This document shows positions 11,001 through 22,200 of a stretch of DNA of 64,000 bases, piece after piece (position 1 is the stretch's first letter; each line of letters opens with the position of its first letter). The stretch covers positions 1 through 64,000 of the forward strand of contig JAXLNO010001237.1 in assembly GCA_038087875.1 (NCBI GenBank), in the 5' to 3' direction. The position numbers were made by a program, and so were the translations under genes. The notes beneath the pieces are model-generated. The model worked only from the letters and a program-made list of their open reading frames with translations. It was not told the DNA's origin and did no database searches. This DNA comes from Malacoraja senta. Its lineage: Eukaryota.

Positions 11001-14000
11001 TTCCCATTTTACCAATACTAGATCCAGCTTTTCCCTCTCATGTCTGGGGGCCTCCACATGCTGCTTAAGAAAACTCTGCTGAACACTTTTGATGAATTGC
11101 ACCCCGTCTAAACCCTTCACGCTATGATTTTCCCAGTCTATCTTGGGAAAGTTAAAATCCCCTACTACAACAACCTTATTTGACCTGCAGCTGTCTGCAA
11201 TCTCCTGGCACATTTGTTCTTCTAATTCCCATTGACTATTTGGGGGTCTGTAGCACATCCCTAACAAGGTGACCATCCCTTTCTTGTTCCTCAGCTCCAC
11301 CTATATAGCCTCACTAGACGAACCGTCCGTAATGTCACCTCCGAACACAGCCGTGACATCCTCCTTAACCAACAATGCAACCTCCGTCCTCTTTTTGCCT
11401 CAGCCCTGTCTCTCCTGAAGCTCCTGTACCCCAGAACATTGAGCTGCCCCTCCTGCCCCTCCCTTAACCAGGTTTCAGTCATGGCTACAACGTCCCAGTC
11501 ACTCATATCCATGCCCATGTGAGACAAAATGATTGAAGTTATGAAGGCAGAGGAAGGAATGTAGATGGAGGGGGTGGGGAGAAATATGTGCGAGTCCAGG
11601 TGGGGAACAGAGGAGGGGAGTGGGGAGGGGGGAAGGATGAAAGAGGGATGTGAGGGATAAAGAGAGCAGAAAGTGCTTGGTTAGATCATAAAACAGTATA
11701 GTCGGGAAGTACAGAACCGGCCCTTTGCAAAATTAAACTAACCTTCTCTACCTACATGTGAAACATATCCCTCAATATACTGCATTTTTATGGGTGCCAC
11801 TAAAAGCCTCTAAAGTCTCTTAAACACCACTATTATATTTGCTTCCACCATTATCCCTGGCAGCCCATCACCCACCATGCACCCTCTCCAAACCCCCCAC
11901 ATCCTACCTACAATGGGGCAACCAGAACTCACACAGAACTCCAAATACAGCCAAACCAATGTTTTATAAAGATGCAGCATGACATCCTGACTTTTACACT
12001 CAATGCTGCTACCAATCAAGGAACGTTAACAGTTACTAGAAGGTGTAGTGGTGTAACAGCAAAGAGGGTGGGGATGAGCGAGTCCAATAGGAAATTATTT
12101 AATTAATTGTTGTCCCTGGAAGGTTATAATGTTGAAGGATGGGGCCCTGTTCGGTGAGCACAAGATGGTGGGGTCAGATTCAGGCTAACACACTAAGGTA
12201 AAGTGTGACTGTAAGCTTGGAGTTAGGAGCCGGGGCAGAAAAGTGATGCTCCACAAATAGCCATCAGATGTGTATTTGTCTGTCTAATTCGTTAGAAAGC
12301 ATAAATAAATACATAAAAATGGATCGGTATGGGCAAGTTGGGCTGAAGGGCCTGTTTTCACGCTGTATGACTATGAAAACTACAAGATTCAATACTTTTA
12401 ATGTTTTTAACATTGTAAATATTGTAAACTGAAATAAAAATGAACGCGCAAAACTCTGGCATGCTCTATATTTTCACTAACAGAGATCATTTAGTTTTGT
12501 GTAAACTGAACTTACTAGTGACAATGAGCTGGGTTCCATTCCCTCTGATATCTCCCCACACTGTGCAGTAATAGACGGCAGAGTCATTGAGCATCACGTT
12601 TGTGACCGTCAGGATGAAGCTGCTGTTGGAGGTGTTTTTGAACGGCTGGAACCGCTCAGTGAAGCCTGGTCTCCTTCGTACGCTGCCTCCTTCCTCGTGT
12701 GTTAAAACCCACTCCATGTCCTGCCCGGGTAGTTCTCGGTACCAGTGGACGTCAGTGTTTCCCACTTCAGCGTTCTCCATGGAGCACCAGAACCGTGCCG
12801 TGTCATCCTCAGTGACACGCTCCAGCCTCGGGAATTGGATCAGGATCGGAGGATTTGCATCTTTAATGGGAAAATACGTCTTCTTAAAAAAAAACACTCA
12901 GCACAACCATGCATAAAGAGTGCACAGAATCTAACACTAAATTTATAGAATTGTTTTAGTCATTCTATGGGGTGGGAGATTGCAACCTTCACGTGGTCCA
13001 CCCTGTTTCGACTAATGCGGGACTGGGAACCCGTCAAAAGGCTCATCGGTTGGCATGACCGGGAGTGAGCTGGAGACGTCAGACACAAGGAGCAAGGGCC
13101 GGTGCGAGGTTGAACCAGGGAAATGTCTCCAGCGCCTTCATTCAAAGTGCTGTGGGCTGACCGGACGTTGCACTTTGAATGAAGGCGCCAAAACAGGGCG
13201 GCGCTGCATGTGTAATATGCAAAAAGAATTTCACTGCACAGTTGCACGTGTGACAAATAAAGAACTATTGAACCATTGAACCATTGAAATAAGGAGGCAA
13301 CATTAGTTCATCTAAAGCCATGACAAGTTGTCGTTCTGCTCTCCTGTACCTTAACTCAAAGAGCTGTGAGCAGTGCCCTGCTATTACACTGAGCACTGAA
13401 CAATGTTTCTAGTTTTCTCTACAATGAAGAACACACTGCACATTGAAATTTATTTCCCACAACCCAGAACTCACATACAGATCAGTTACCATATCAGTGC
13501 TCACACCATTAGTGAGGGGCCACAATGTTTTGGTCTCCAGCATCAGGGCTCCAGTATGATCTCCTTACTCTCTCAGAACTCCCGGTACTTGTGCCAATTC
13601 AAGGGAAGTGAATTACACCCAATATAGTTACACATAGGCGAATAAAACCAACTATAATTTGTACTCACTGGTTACATTGAGTTGGGTTCCATTCCCTCTG
13701 ATATCTCCCCACACTGTGCAGTAATAGACGGCAGAGTCATTGAGCATCACGTTTGTGACCGTCAGGATGAAGCTGCTGTTGGAGGTGTTTTTGAACGGCT
13801 GGAACCGCTCAGTGAAGCCTGGTCTCCTTCGTACGCTGCCTCCTTCCTCGTGTGTTAAAACCCACTCCATGTCCTGCCCGGGTAGTTCTCGGTACCAGTG
13901 GACGTCAGTGTTTCCCACTTCAGCGTTCTCCATGGAGCACCAGAACCGTGCCGTGTCATCCTCAGTGACACGCTCCAGCCTCGGGAATTGGATCAGGATC

Positions 14001-17000
14001 GGAGGATTTGCATCTTTAATGGGAAAATACGTCTTCTTAAAAAAAAACACTCAGCACAACCATGCATAAAGAGTGCACAGAATCTAACACTAAATTTATA
14101 GAATTGTTTTAGTCATTCTATGGGGTGGGAGATTGCAACCTTCACGTGGTCCACCCTGTTTCGACTAATGCAATCAACCCGACGTGCACAAACAAATAGA
14201 TGTAGTGTTTTGTTAGGCTGTGCATGGTGTACGCAAGAAGAAGTCATTCTATAGCATGCAATATGGAATCCTTTTGATTAGGGCTATAGATGTGTACAGC
14301 ACAGGAATGGGCTCTTGTGATACTTAAAACCAGAACAATGTTACTGAGTTCAGTGATCCTGCAATATTATATAACCTGTGCATGGGGCCTAACAAAGTTC
14401 TAAATGGGTTTGTGGAGGGGTTTGCTCGTGCTACTCTAGAGAGTTTAAACTAATGAGACATGGGGTTGGGACCTAGAATGAAAGAGGACTCATATGTAGA
14501 AAATAGAACAGGCAAGTCCAGTGGAAGGATTGGCAGAGATGGGAGGGGGAGCATGAGAGGACCGGTAGGTTTAACTAAATTTACTTTAAAGCAAGAAGCA
14601 CAGCAAGTGAGACGGATGAGTTGAGAGTGTAGATCAGCACACAGGGGAAGCGTGGATGAGGGAAGAGCTGTAATCTATTATTAATCTATTATTAAGTAAG
14701 TGGGGAATTTGGAATATATCAGGACAGGGTGGAGTCAAAAGGTTTTTGTAAAGGAAATCATATTCAACAAATCAGCTAATTTTTTGAGATTGTAGTTAGC
14801 AGCATAGATAAGGGAAAACTAGCTGATGTGAATTTGGACTTTCAGAAGGCATTTGACAAGCAACAAAGGTGCAGATAAAAAAAAAACTCTCACACATACC
14901 TGTCTTTCCACTTGCTATTCATTACATACCCCTAGCCCCTCTGGGTTCCTATATCTGCCACATCTCCTCCCCCTCCCCCTTCCGGTTACGATCTACCTCA
15001 CCATCCGCCTTCGGGTTCCACATTTTATTCCACACCTTATCAGATTTCATTATTTTTTATCTTTGTCTTCTCCGCTTATCACCTCCAGTCTTCGTTAATA
15101 TCTTCCCCTTTCCCTCCTGCACATCATTCATCTGACAATCAACCCTTCCATATACGAGTCTACCTGTCACTTGCAAGCTCTTGCCCACCCCTACTCCCTC
15201 ACCACTTTCTACCAGCTCTCTGCTAATCCATCAGTCTGAAGAGGTCTTGACCCGAAACACTGTCTGTCCATTTACCTTCCCAGATGTTGGTTGACCTGCT
15301 GAGTTCCTCTGGAACTAATATCTACATTGGAGATCCTTGGACTATCTTTGATCGGACTTCACTGGCTTTATCTAGCACTAAATGTTATTCACGTTATTCC
15401 CTTTATCGTGTATCTGTGGATGGCTCAATTGTAATTATGTATTATCTTCCCGCTGACTGGTTAGCCCGCAACTAGGGGGCGCTGACCTGTGTGCGGCTGC
15501 CCAGCCAGCAGCTGTCTGTCCTTTCATCTTTTATTTTTTTATTTTAGTTAGTTAAGTGGTTTGTTGGAGGTCTAGACTTTTTTGTGTGGGGGGGGGGAGG
15601 GGGAAACTACCTTTCAACATCCCTACCTAGCCGGAGAGGCAGCTCTTCTCCGGGCTGCAGCTTCGACCCGTCCTCGCGGCCTACCAGCGGGCCTGGAGCG
15701 GCGTTTCCTGTCGGGGACCGCCCAGAACCTCGGCTTCGGCGGCGGCACAGCGCTGGAGCGCTATCGCGGAGCGGGCGATGCCTTGCCCGGGTCTCCGCGC
15801 TGGAGCTCCGATGAGCTGAGGATCGCTGGGAAAACATCGCGGAGCTGCGGAGCGGCCAGCTGCGGGCGGCGGCGCTGAACTTGACACCGGGAGCCTGGGA
15901 TCTCTAGATGAGATCGCCAGTTGTGTAGCTCCAACCGGCGCCGCCTTGTTGGCTTCGGAAGCCGCGGCCCCCAGTGCGGAAGCGGCCGTTCCAGGGTTCC
16001 CAAGCCGCTGGGAGGACTCTCCCGACGCCGGAGGAACATCACCCGGCTAGAACGGCCTGGAACATGGGGCCTCCGTAGAGGCAACTGTGGAGGCCTCAAT
16101 GGGCCCGACTATGGGTGAACTGGGGTTGGGGACTGGACTTTGTGCCTTCCCTTATGGTGGGAGCCATTGTGGGGGGATGTTTAGTGTTAAGACTATCTTG
16201 GTGTTATGTCTGTATTCTTCTCTTTTTTCGTGTGCTGCATAATGGCAAAAAGCATTTGACTTCACTACACCTGGGTGTATGTGAATGTGACAAATAAAAA
16301 CTACCTTGACCTTGACCTTGACCTACTGTAGTTCGGTACACGTGACAATAAATTAAACTCAAACTCATAACCTTAAGCTTGGCTTTTACTTAAGAATTTG
16401 ATAATATTTCTTCTTCCATTGGATTTTATGAGCTAATCTATTCCTTTTAACAACATATGAAGTTATCCTTGCGGAGACTTTTGACACTTTTGATTTTTGT
16501 TTCCTTGTACTCGTCCTTTCACACACTTATCTATTTCCTAGCTGTTGCACTTTACACGCCAAGGATAACTTCCCCACTCTCTGTTTTACTGGGAGTGGTA
16601 CAGAGTTCCCATGTGTCGGTGAGTCATTGCATGAAGGTTGAAGTGTGAGCTGCTGTTATCGTCAGTGTAGGCAAACAATGACTTACCAGTTACGTTGAGC
16701 TGGGTCCCGGCTCCATAGATGTAACTCCACACACTGCAGTTGTAGACAGCAGTATCATTGATGGAGACATTGGCGATTGTCAGAATGTAATTGTTGCTCA
16801 TGGCATTCCTGAAAGACTTAAAGCGGTCAGAGATACAGCCGGACCTGGTGACGTTGCCATCCACAAAGTGGCTCATTACCCACTCGCTGTTTTTCCCAGG
16901 TCGCTGCTGGTTCCAGTGGACGTCAGTGTCATTCACACCGGCATTGTGCAAGGCACATTGCAACTGCACAGTTACACCCTCTGCCACCTTGCTGACTGAC

Positions 17001-19172
17001 GGAGACTGGATAAGGACCGGATCATCCAGGGGATCTGTGTGAATATACATAGCGCTCAATGGAAGATATCATATTTCTCCAGCATTTAGTGTGTAACAGT
17101 TTGTAAAATTTGAATACCATCACATACTTCCCAGGGAGGCTCAGGATAATTGAAGAGTAAGATTATCGAGGATGTCAGATTTATCCATGTTCTCCGGACT
17201 TGCTGGCAGACCTTTTAAGTTACTCCAACAACTTGTGCCTTTTGTTTTTTAATATATTATTTGCCTTCCAAACTGCTCATTCTATCTACATGTTGACTTT
17301 AAGTTATTTTGTGTATGAGAACACCCAGATGCTTCTGACCTTACAGTTTCAAAACATTGCTTTGAATGAAGATATAGTCCATCTGTCCTGCTCTTTATAC
17401 TTGTCTGTGCCCCTTGCAGCCTCTCACATGTTGCATCGCCTACCAACTAACCTGGATATGTTATACTTGGTCTCCTCATCCTCGATTGTGAACAGTGAGG
17501 GTCCCAGCACCAAACCCTGCACCACCTCTCACTAGTCACAGCCTCTCAGCTTGAATACCTGCTGTTCATTCCAGTTACTCCAGGAGATTCTACCCTACTT
17601 TGCTAGTTAAAAACATCTAACAATGTGAGCTTTAAAAGATTTCTCACCCATGATGTCCATTTCATACATCCACGTTGACTGTTCTTATACCTACCCTATT
17701 CTTCTGCCTTTGTGTCGGATTCTTATCTTTCCTTTACTGCCGATGGTGCAACAAGTTATCTACTTCACTGGAACATGGAAATTATATTGAGGGGGAATTT
17801 CAACCATGCTTCACACTATTTAACATGGATTAGGGGCCCGCATCAACACAATGAAGATGAGCAAAGACTCAGATCCAGACAACAATGAACTGTCAGCCTG
17901 AGGGAGAGCATGAACACAGGTGATCAACGTGTAACCTGTTTCTTCTCAGCCATTCCCAGAGCCCTGGCCTTGGCTCCAGTGACTACATTGTTGTTGTTGC
18001 CTCTGCTCTGTGAGTGATACAAGTATCAGTTTCCTGGTTGAAAACAAGGCCGGGCGAGGAGAGGAGAGGGACGTTGGTTCATGGGAACAACTCCAGTACA
18101 TCGAGCTGTGGGCTGACCGGACGTTGCACTTTGAATAATCCCGGCACAAAACATGGCGGCGCCAGCATGTGTAATATATGCAAAAAGAATTTCACTGCAC
18201 AGTTGCACATGTGACGAATAAAGAACTATTGAACCATTGAACCATTGAAATAAGGAGGCAGCATTGGTTAATCTAAAGCCATGACAAGTTGTCGTTCTGC
18301 TCTCCTGTACCTTAACTCAAACAGCTGTGAGCAGTGCCCTGCTATTACACTGAGCACTGAACAATGTTTCTAGTTTTCTCTACCATGAAGAACACACTGC
18401 ACATTGAAATTTATTTCCCACAACCCAGATCTCACATACAGATCAGTTACCATATCAGTGCTCACACCATTAGTGAGGGACCACAATGTTTTGGTCTCCA
18501 GAATCAGGGCTCCAGTATGATCTCCTTACTCTCTCAGTACTCCCGGTACATGTGCCAATTCAAGGGAAGTGAATTACACCCAATAGAGTTACACATAGGT
18601 GAATAAAACCAACTATAATTTGTACTCACTGGTTACATTGAGCTGGGTTCCATTCCCTCTGATATCTCCCCACACTGTGCAGTAATAGACGGCAGAGTCA
18701 TTGAGCATCACGTTTGTGACCGTTAGGATGAAGCTGCTGTTGGAGGCGTCTTTGAACGGCTGGAACCGCTCAGTGAAGCCTGGTCTCCTTCGTACGCTGC
18801 CTCCTGCCTCGTGTGTTAAAACCCACTCCATGTCCTGCCCGGGTAGTTCACGGTACCAGTGGACGTCAGTGTTTCCCACTTCAGCGTTCTCCATGGAACA
18901 CCAGAACCGTGCCGTGTGACCCTCAGTGACACGCTCCAGCCTCGGGAATTGGATCAGGATCGGAGGATTTGCAACTTGAAAGGGAAAATATCAATAGATG
19001 AACACTAATGTTGGGGTTGGTAAATACTTTATGTGTTTCAACTTAAAATACATTCATCCTTTGACATTAGATAACATCATGTAAAAGTGATGGTTAGCAT
19101 CTGGTATTAAAATAATGATTGCAGCTGATTGCAACTTTCTCCCTGTTCACAATTATCTTTCACTCACTCTTT

Positions 19173-19219
<47 letters not shown>

Positions 19220-22200
19220 TCTCTCTCTCTCTCTGCCTCACAATGGGGATTTCATTTTTCAAAGGTACACAAAAATGCTGGAGAAACTCAGCAGGTGCAG
19301 CATCATCTATGGAGCGAAAGAAATAGGCAACGTTTCGGGCCGAAACCCTTCTTCAGACTGATAGGGGGTGGGGAGAAGAAGGGAAAAAAGGAAAAAAGGA
19401 GGAGTAGGAGCCCGAGGGCTGGGGGATGGGAGGAGACAACCAGAGGGCTGATGAAGGGGAGGGGACAGCAAGGGCTAGCAGAGTTGGGAGAATTCAATGT
19501 TCATGCCCCCAGGATGTAGACTGCCCAAGTGGAATATGAGGTGCATTTCCTCCAATTTCCGGTGTTGCTCGCTGTGGCCATGGAGGAGACCCAGGACAAA
19601 GAGGTCAGATATGGAATGGGAGGGGGAGTTGAAGTGCTGAGCCACCGGGAGGTCAGGTAGATTATTGCGGACCGACCGGAGGTGTTCGGCGAAACGATCG
19701 CCAAGCCTCCGCTTGGTCTCACCGATGTAGATCAGCTGACATCTAGAGCAGCGGATGCAATAGATGAGGTTGGAGGAGATGCAGGTGAACCTCTGTCGCA
19801 CCTGGAACGACTGCTTGGGTCCTTGAATGGAATCGAGGGGGGAGGTGAAGAGACAAGTGTTGCATCTCTTGCGGTTGCAAGGGAAAGTACCTGGGGAGGG
19901 GGTGGTACGGGAGGGAAGGGAAGAATTGACAAGGGAGTTACGGAGGGAGCGGTATTTGCGGAAGGCAGACATGTGGGGAGATGGGAAGATGTGGCGAGTG
20001 GTGGGGTCACGTTGGAGGTGGCGAAACTGACGGAGGATCACTTGTTGTATGTGACGGCTGGTGGGATGAAAGGTGAGGACTAGGGGGACTCTGCCCTTGT
20101 TGTGAGTGGGGGGATGGGGAGAGAGAGCAGTTGCGGGGTATGGCAGAGACCCTGGTGCGAGCCTCATCTATGGTTTTTTAGTCATGTATTTAGTCCTTTG
20201 TTGCACTCAACACAGAGATAAGCAGATCTCTGTATATTGGAGGAACAAGAGGGTATGGAAATAGTACCAATAGATCATTGAGGTGGTAATGTTTAGTTTA
20301 CTTTAGTGTAGAGATCCAGCAGGGAAACAGGTCCTTCAGTCCACTGAGCGCATGCTGACCATTGAGGAATTGATCTCAGTGTGGCAGATGGTACAACTAA
20401 TAGTGACTATGCATAAACTGTGAATGGCACGATTGTAATCATGTGTTGTCTTTCCACTGACTGGTTAGCAGGCAACAAAAGCTTTTCACTGTACCTCGGT
20501 AGACGTGACAATAAAGTAAACTCAAGCAAAGTGATTATAAATGAAGGAACTAACCTACCTATACTGTAATTTCTTTACATTCATCTGTTCACACTATGTA
20601 TACGTCTCTGGCAATGCCGAATTACATTCTCCATCCTGATCTCAGAACGCAGTGACGAGTGATCTGCATTATTCAGTTTAAAAATAATTTTGGCCTATTT
20701 TCATTCTCCATTTTGCAGTGTGAACTTCTAATGATGTCTGTCTCTGTAAAACTGACAACATGACATCATGATTCCTCGTGATGTTAGGATTGAAAATAGA
20801 ACCAATATAAATACTCACTGGTTACATTCAGCTGGGTTCCTTTTCCAAATAATATCCCCCAAATGCCACAGATGTAATCAGCAGAGTCGGCAATCACCAC
20901 CTCTCTGATGGTCAGTGAGTAGCTGTTACTGGCGCCGTCCCTGGAAAGCTGAAATCGATCGGAGAAGCCCGGTGACCTGTAAGTGTGGCCATTTACATCA
21001 AGACTAAGTTTGATTCCTCCATTACGTGAGTTGTACCAGTGAACGGTGGATTTTTTCACAATGTGATTCACATTGCTGCTGTTCAGGACACACCGTATCT
21101 CCACTGTTTCACCTTCACGCATCACCAGAGCTCGTGGGGATTGGATCAGGGATATGTCTGCCTTTAGACCTGTGGGTAATAACAACCAAAGATCAGAACA
21201 GATGATAACCACAAAAATAATTTGAAACAAAAGGCAGCATGAAAGCTCTTGGATATTTATGAATGTTCTGCACATGTATCCTCAATTTGTAAACTCTTTT
21301 GTTTTCTCCTGAGCTTTGCTCTTTCATTCTGCACTGAAATGACAAACAATACCTTTGGTAAAAGCAACAGCTCAAAAGTACAAACACTGAATATCAAAGG
21401 TTAAATCCTGCTCCATGTAAGTGCTTGTTGACTGTACAAAGTGTGTTAAACTGAGCAATAAATCAGGAACAAAGCTGGCAGTTCGAGTAACATTCATTTA
21501 GTATATGTAAGATTATGTTGCAGAGTCAGATAGTCTAAGGAAATTTAGCATGCTTCCAACAACTCTTACCAATGACTACACATGGACCACATAAAGCATC
21601 CTATTGATTACATCACAGCCTAGTTTGGCAATAACTCCACCCTACACCCCACGCTGCCTCTGGAAAGCAACCAACATAGTGAAAGACCATTCACTCCCCT
21701 GTCATTCCTACTTGTCCCCTCTCCTGTCGGGCAGAAGATACAAAACTTCACAGCATCTGGCAGCAGTTTTACGATACGATACGATAACATTTTATTCATC
21801 CCCGGAGGGAAATTGGTCTGCCACAGTCACAACACACAAGGTACACAAATACTTGAAATTTAAAGTGAAAAAAAAGAAAAAGCCAAGCAACTGTTGGCTG
21901 GCTGCCGTGTGCACAGCGCCTTAACCAGAACGAACGAACAAACAAAACAAACAAACGCAGAAGAGGATTCTAAAACTAGAGTGCCCCCGCACACCAGTTC
22001 CCACTTTGTTCTCCCACTGTCCCTCACGGCAGTCCCCCCCCATGCCGGGTCCCCATTGTTCTTTGCAACAGCCCTCACTTTCCTTGGCTCCTACTCTTTC
22101 CCTGGTTACCCTCATACTCTAATACAATTGTTCACTCCTTGGGATTCTTCTTAATTTTGACTGTCTGTGATATTTTTTCTTGTCCCTTTCCTCTCCTAAT

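Larger units (their letters stand above)
7735..11520 (-). mobile_element. Decayed CR1 LINE (EN to RT to 3' end) interrupted by two nested insertions
   Basis: Collinear EN/RT remnants in ORFs 11291..11527, 10941..11300, 9152..9394, 8963..9151 and 7843..8028. The sequence resumes across the inserts at about 8249-8630 and 9493-10591. Confidence 0.8.

Noticed and set aside
12559-12565. RSS heptamer CACAGTG inside V5 (also V4 and V2) at the Cys-Thr-Val codons
   Set aside because: It lies within coding sequence. No ACAAAAACC-like nonamer at 12 or 23 nt (AGAGGGAAT; AACCCAGCT or AACCCAACT), and it is absent from V1 and V3. Treated as a codon coincidence.
15582-16118. Several overlapping GC-rich ORFs
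   Set aside because: Stop-poor GC-rich repeat with a retroposon tail; a related copy lies at about 38420-38950 and there are no recognisable domains.
12516-21169. Rearranging TCR/Ig locus or cluster of separate V genes
   Set aside because: No RSS, no separate D or J segments, no C exon and no individual leaders before V2-V5. The exons chain in phase to a TM exon and an ITIM tail.
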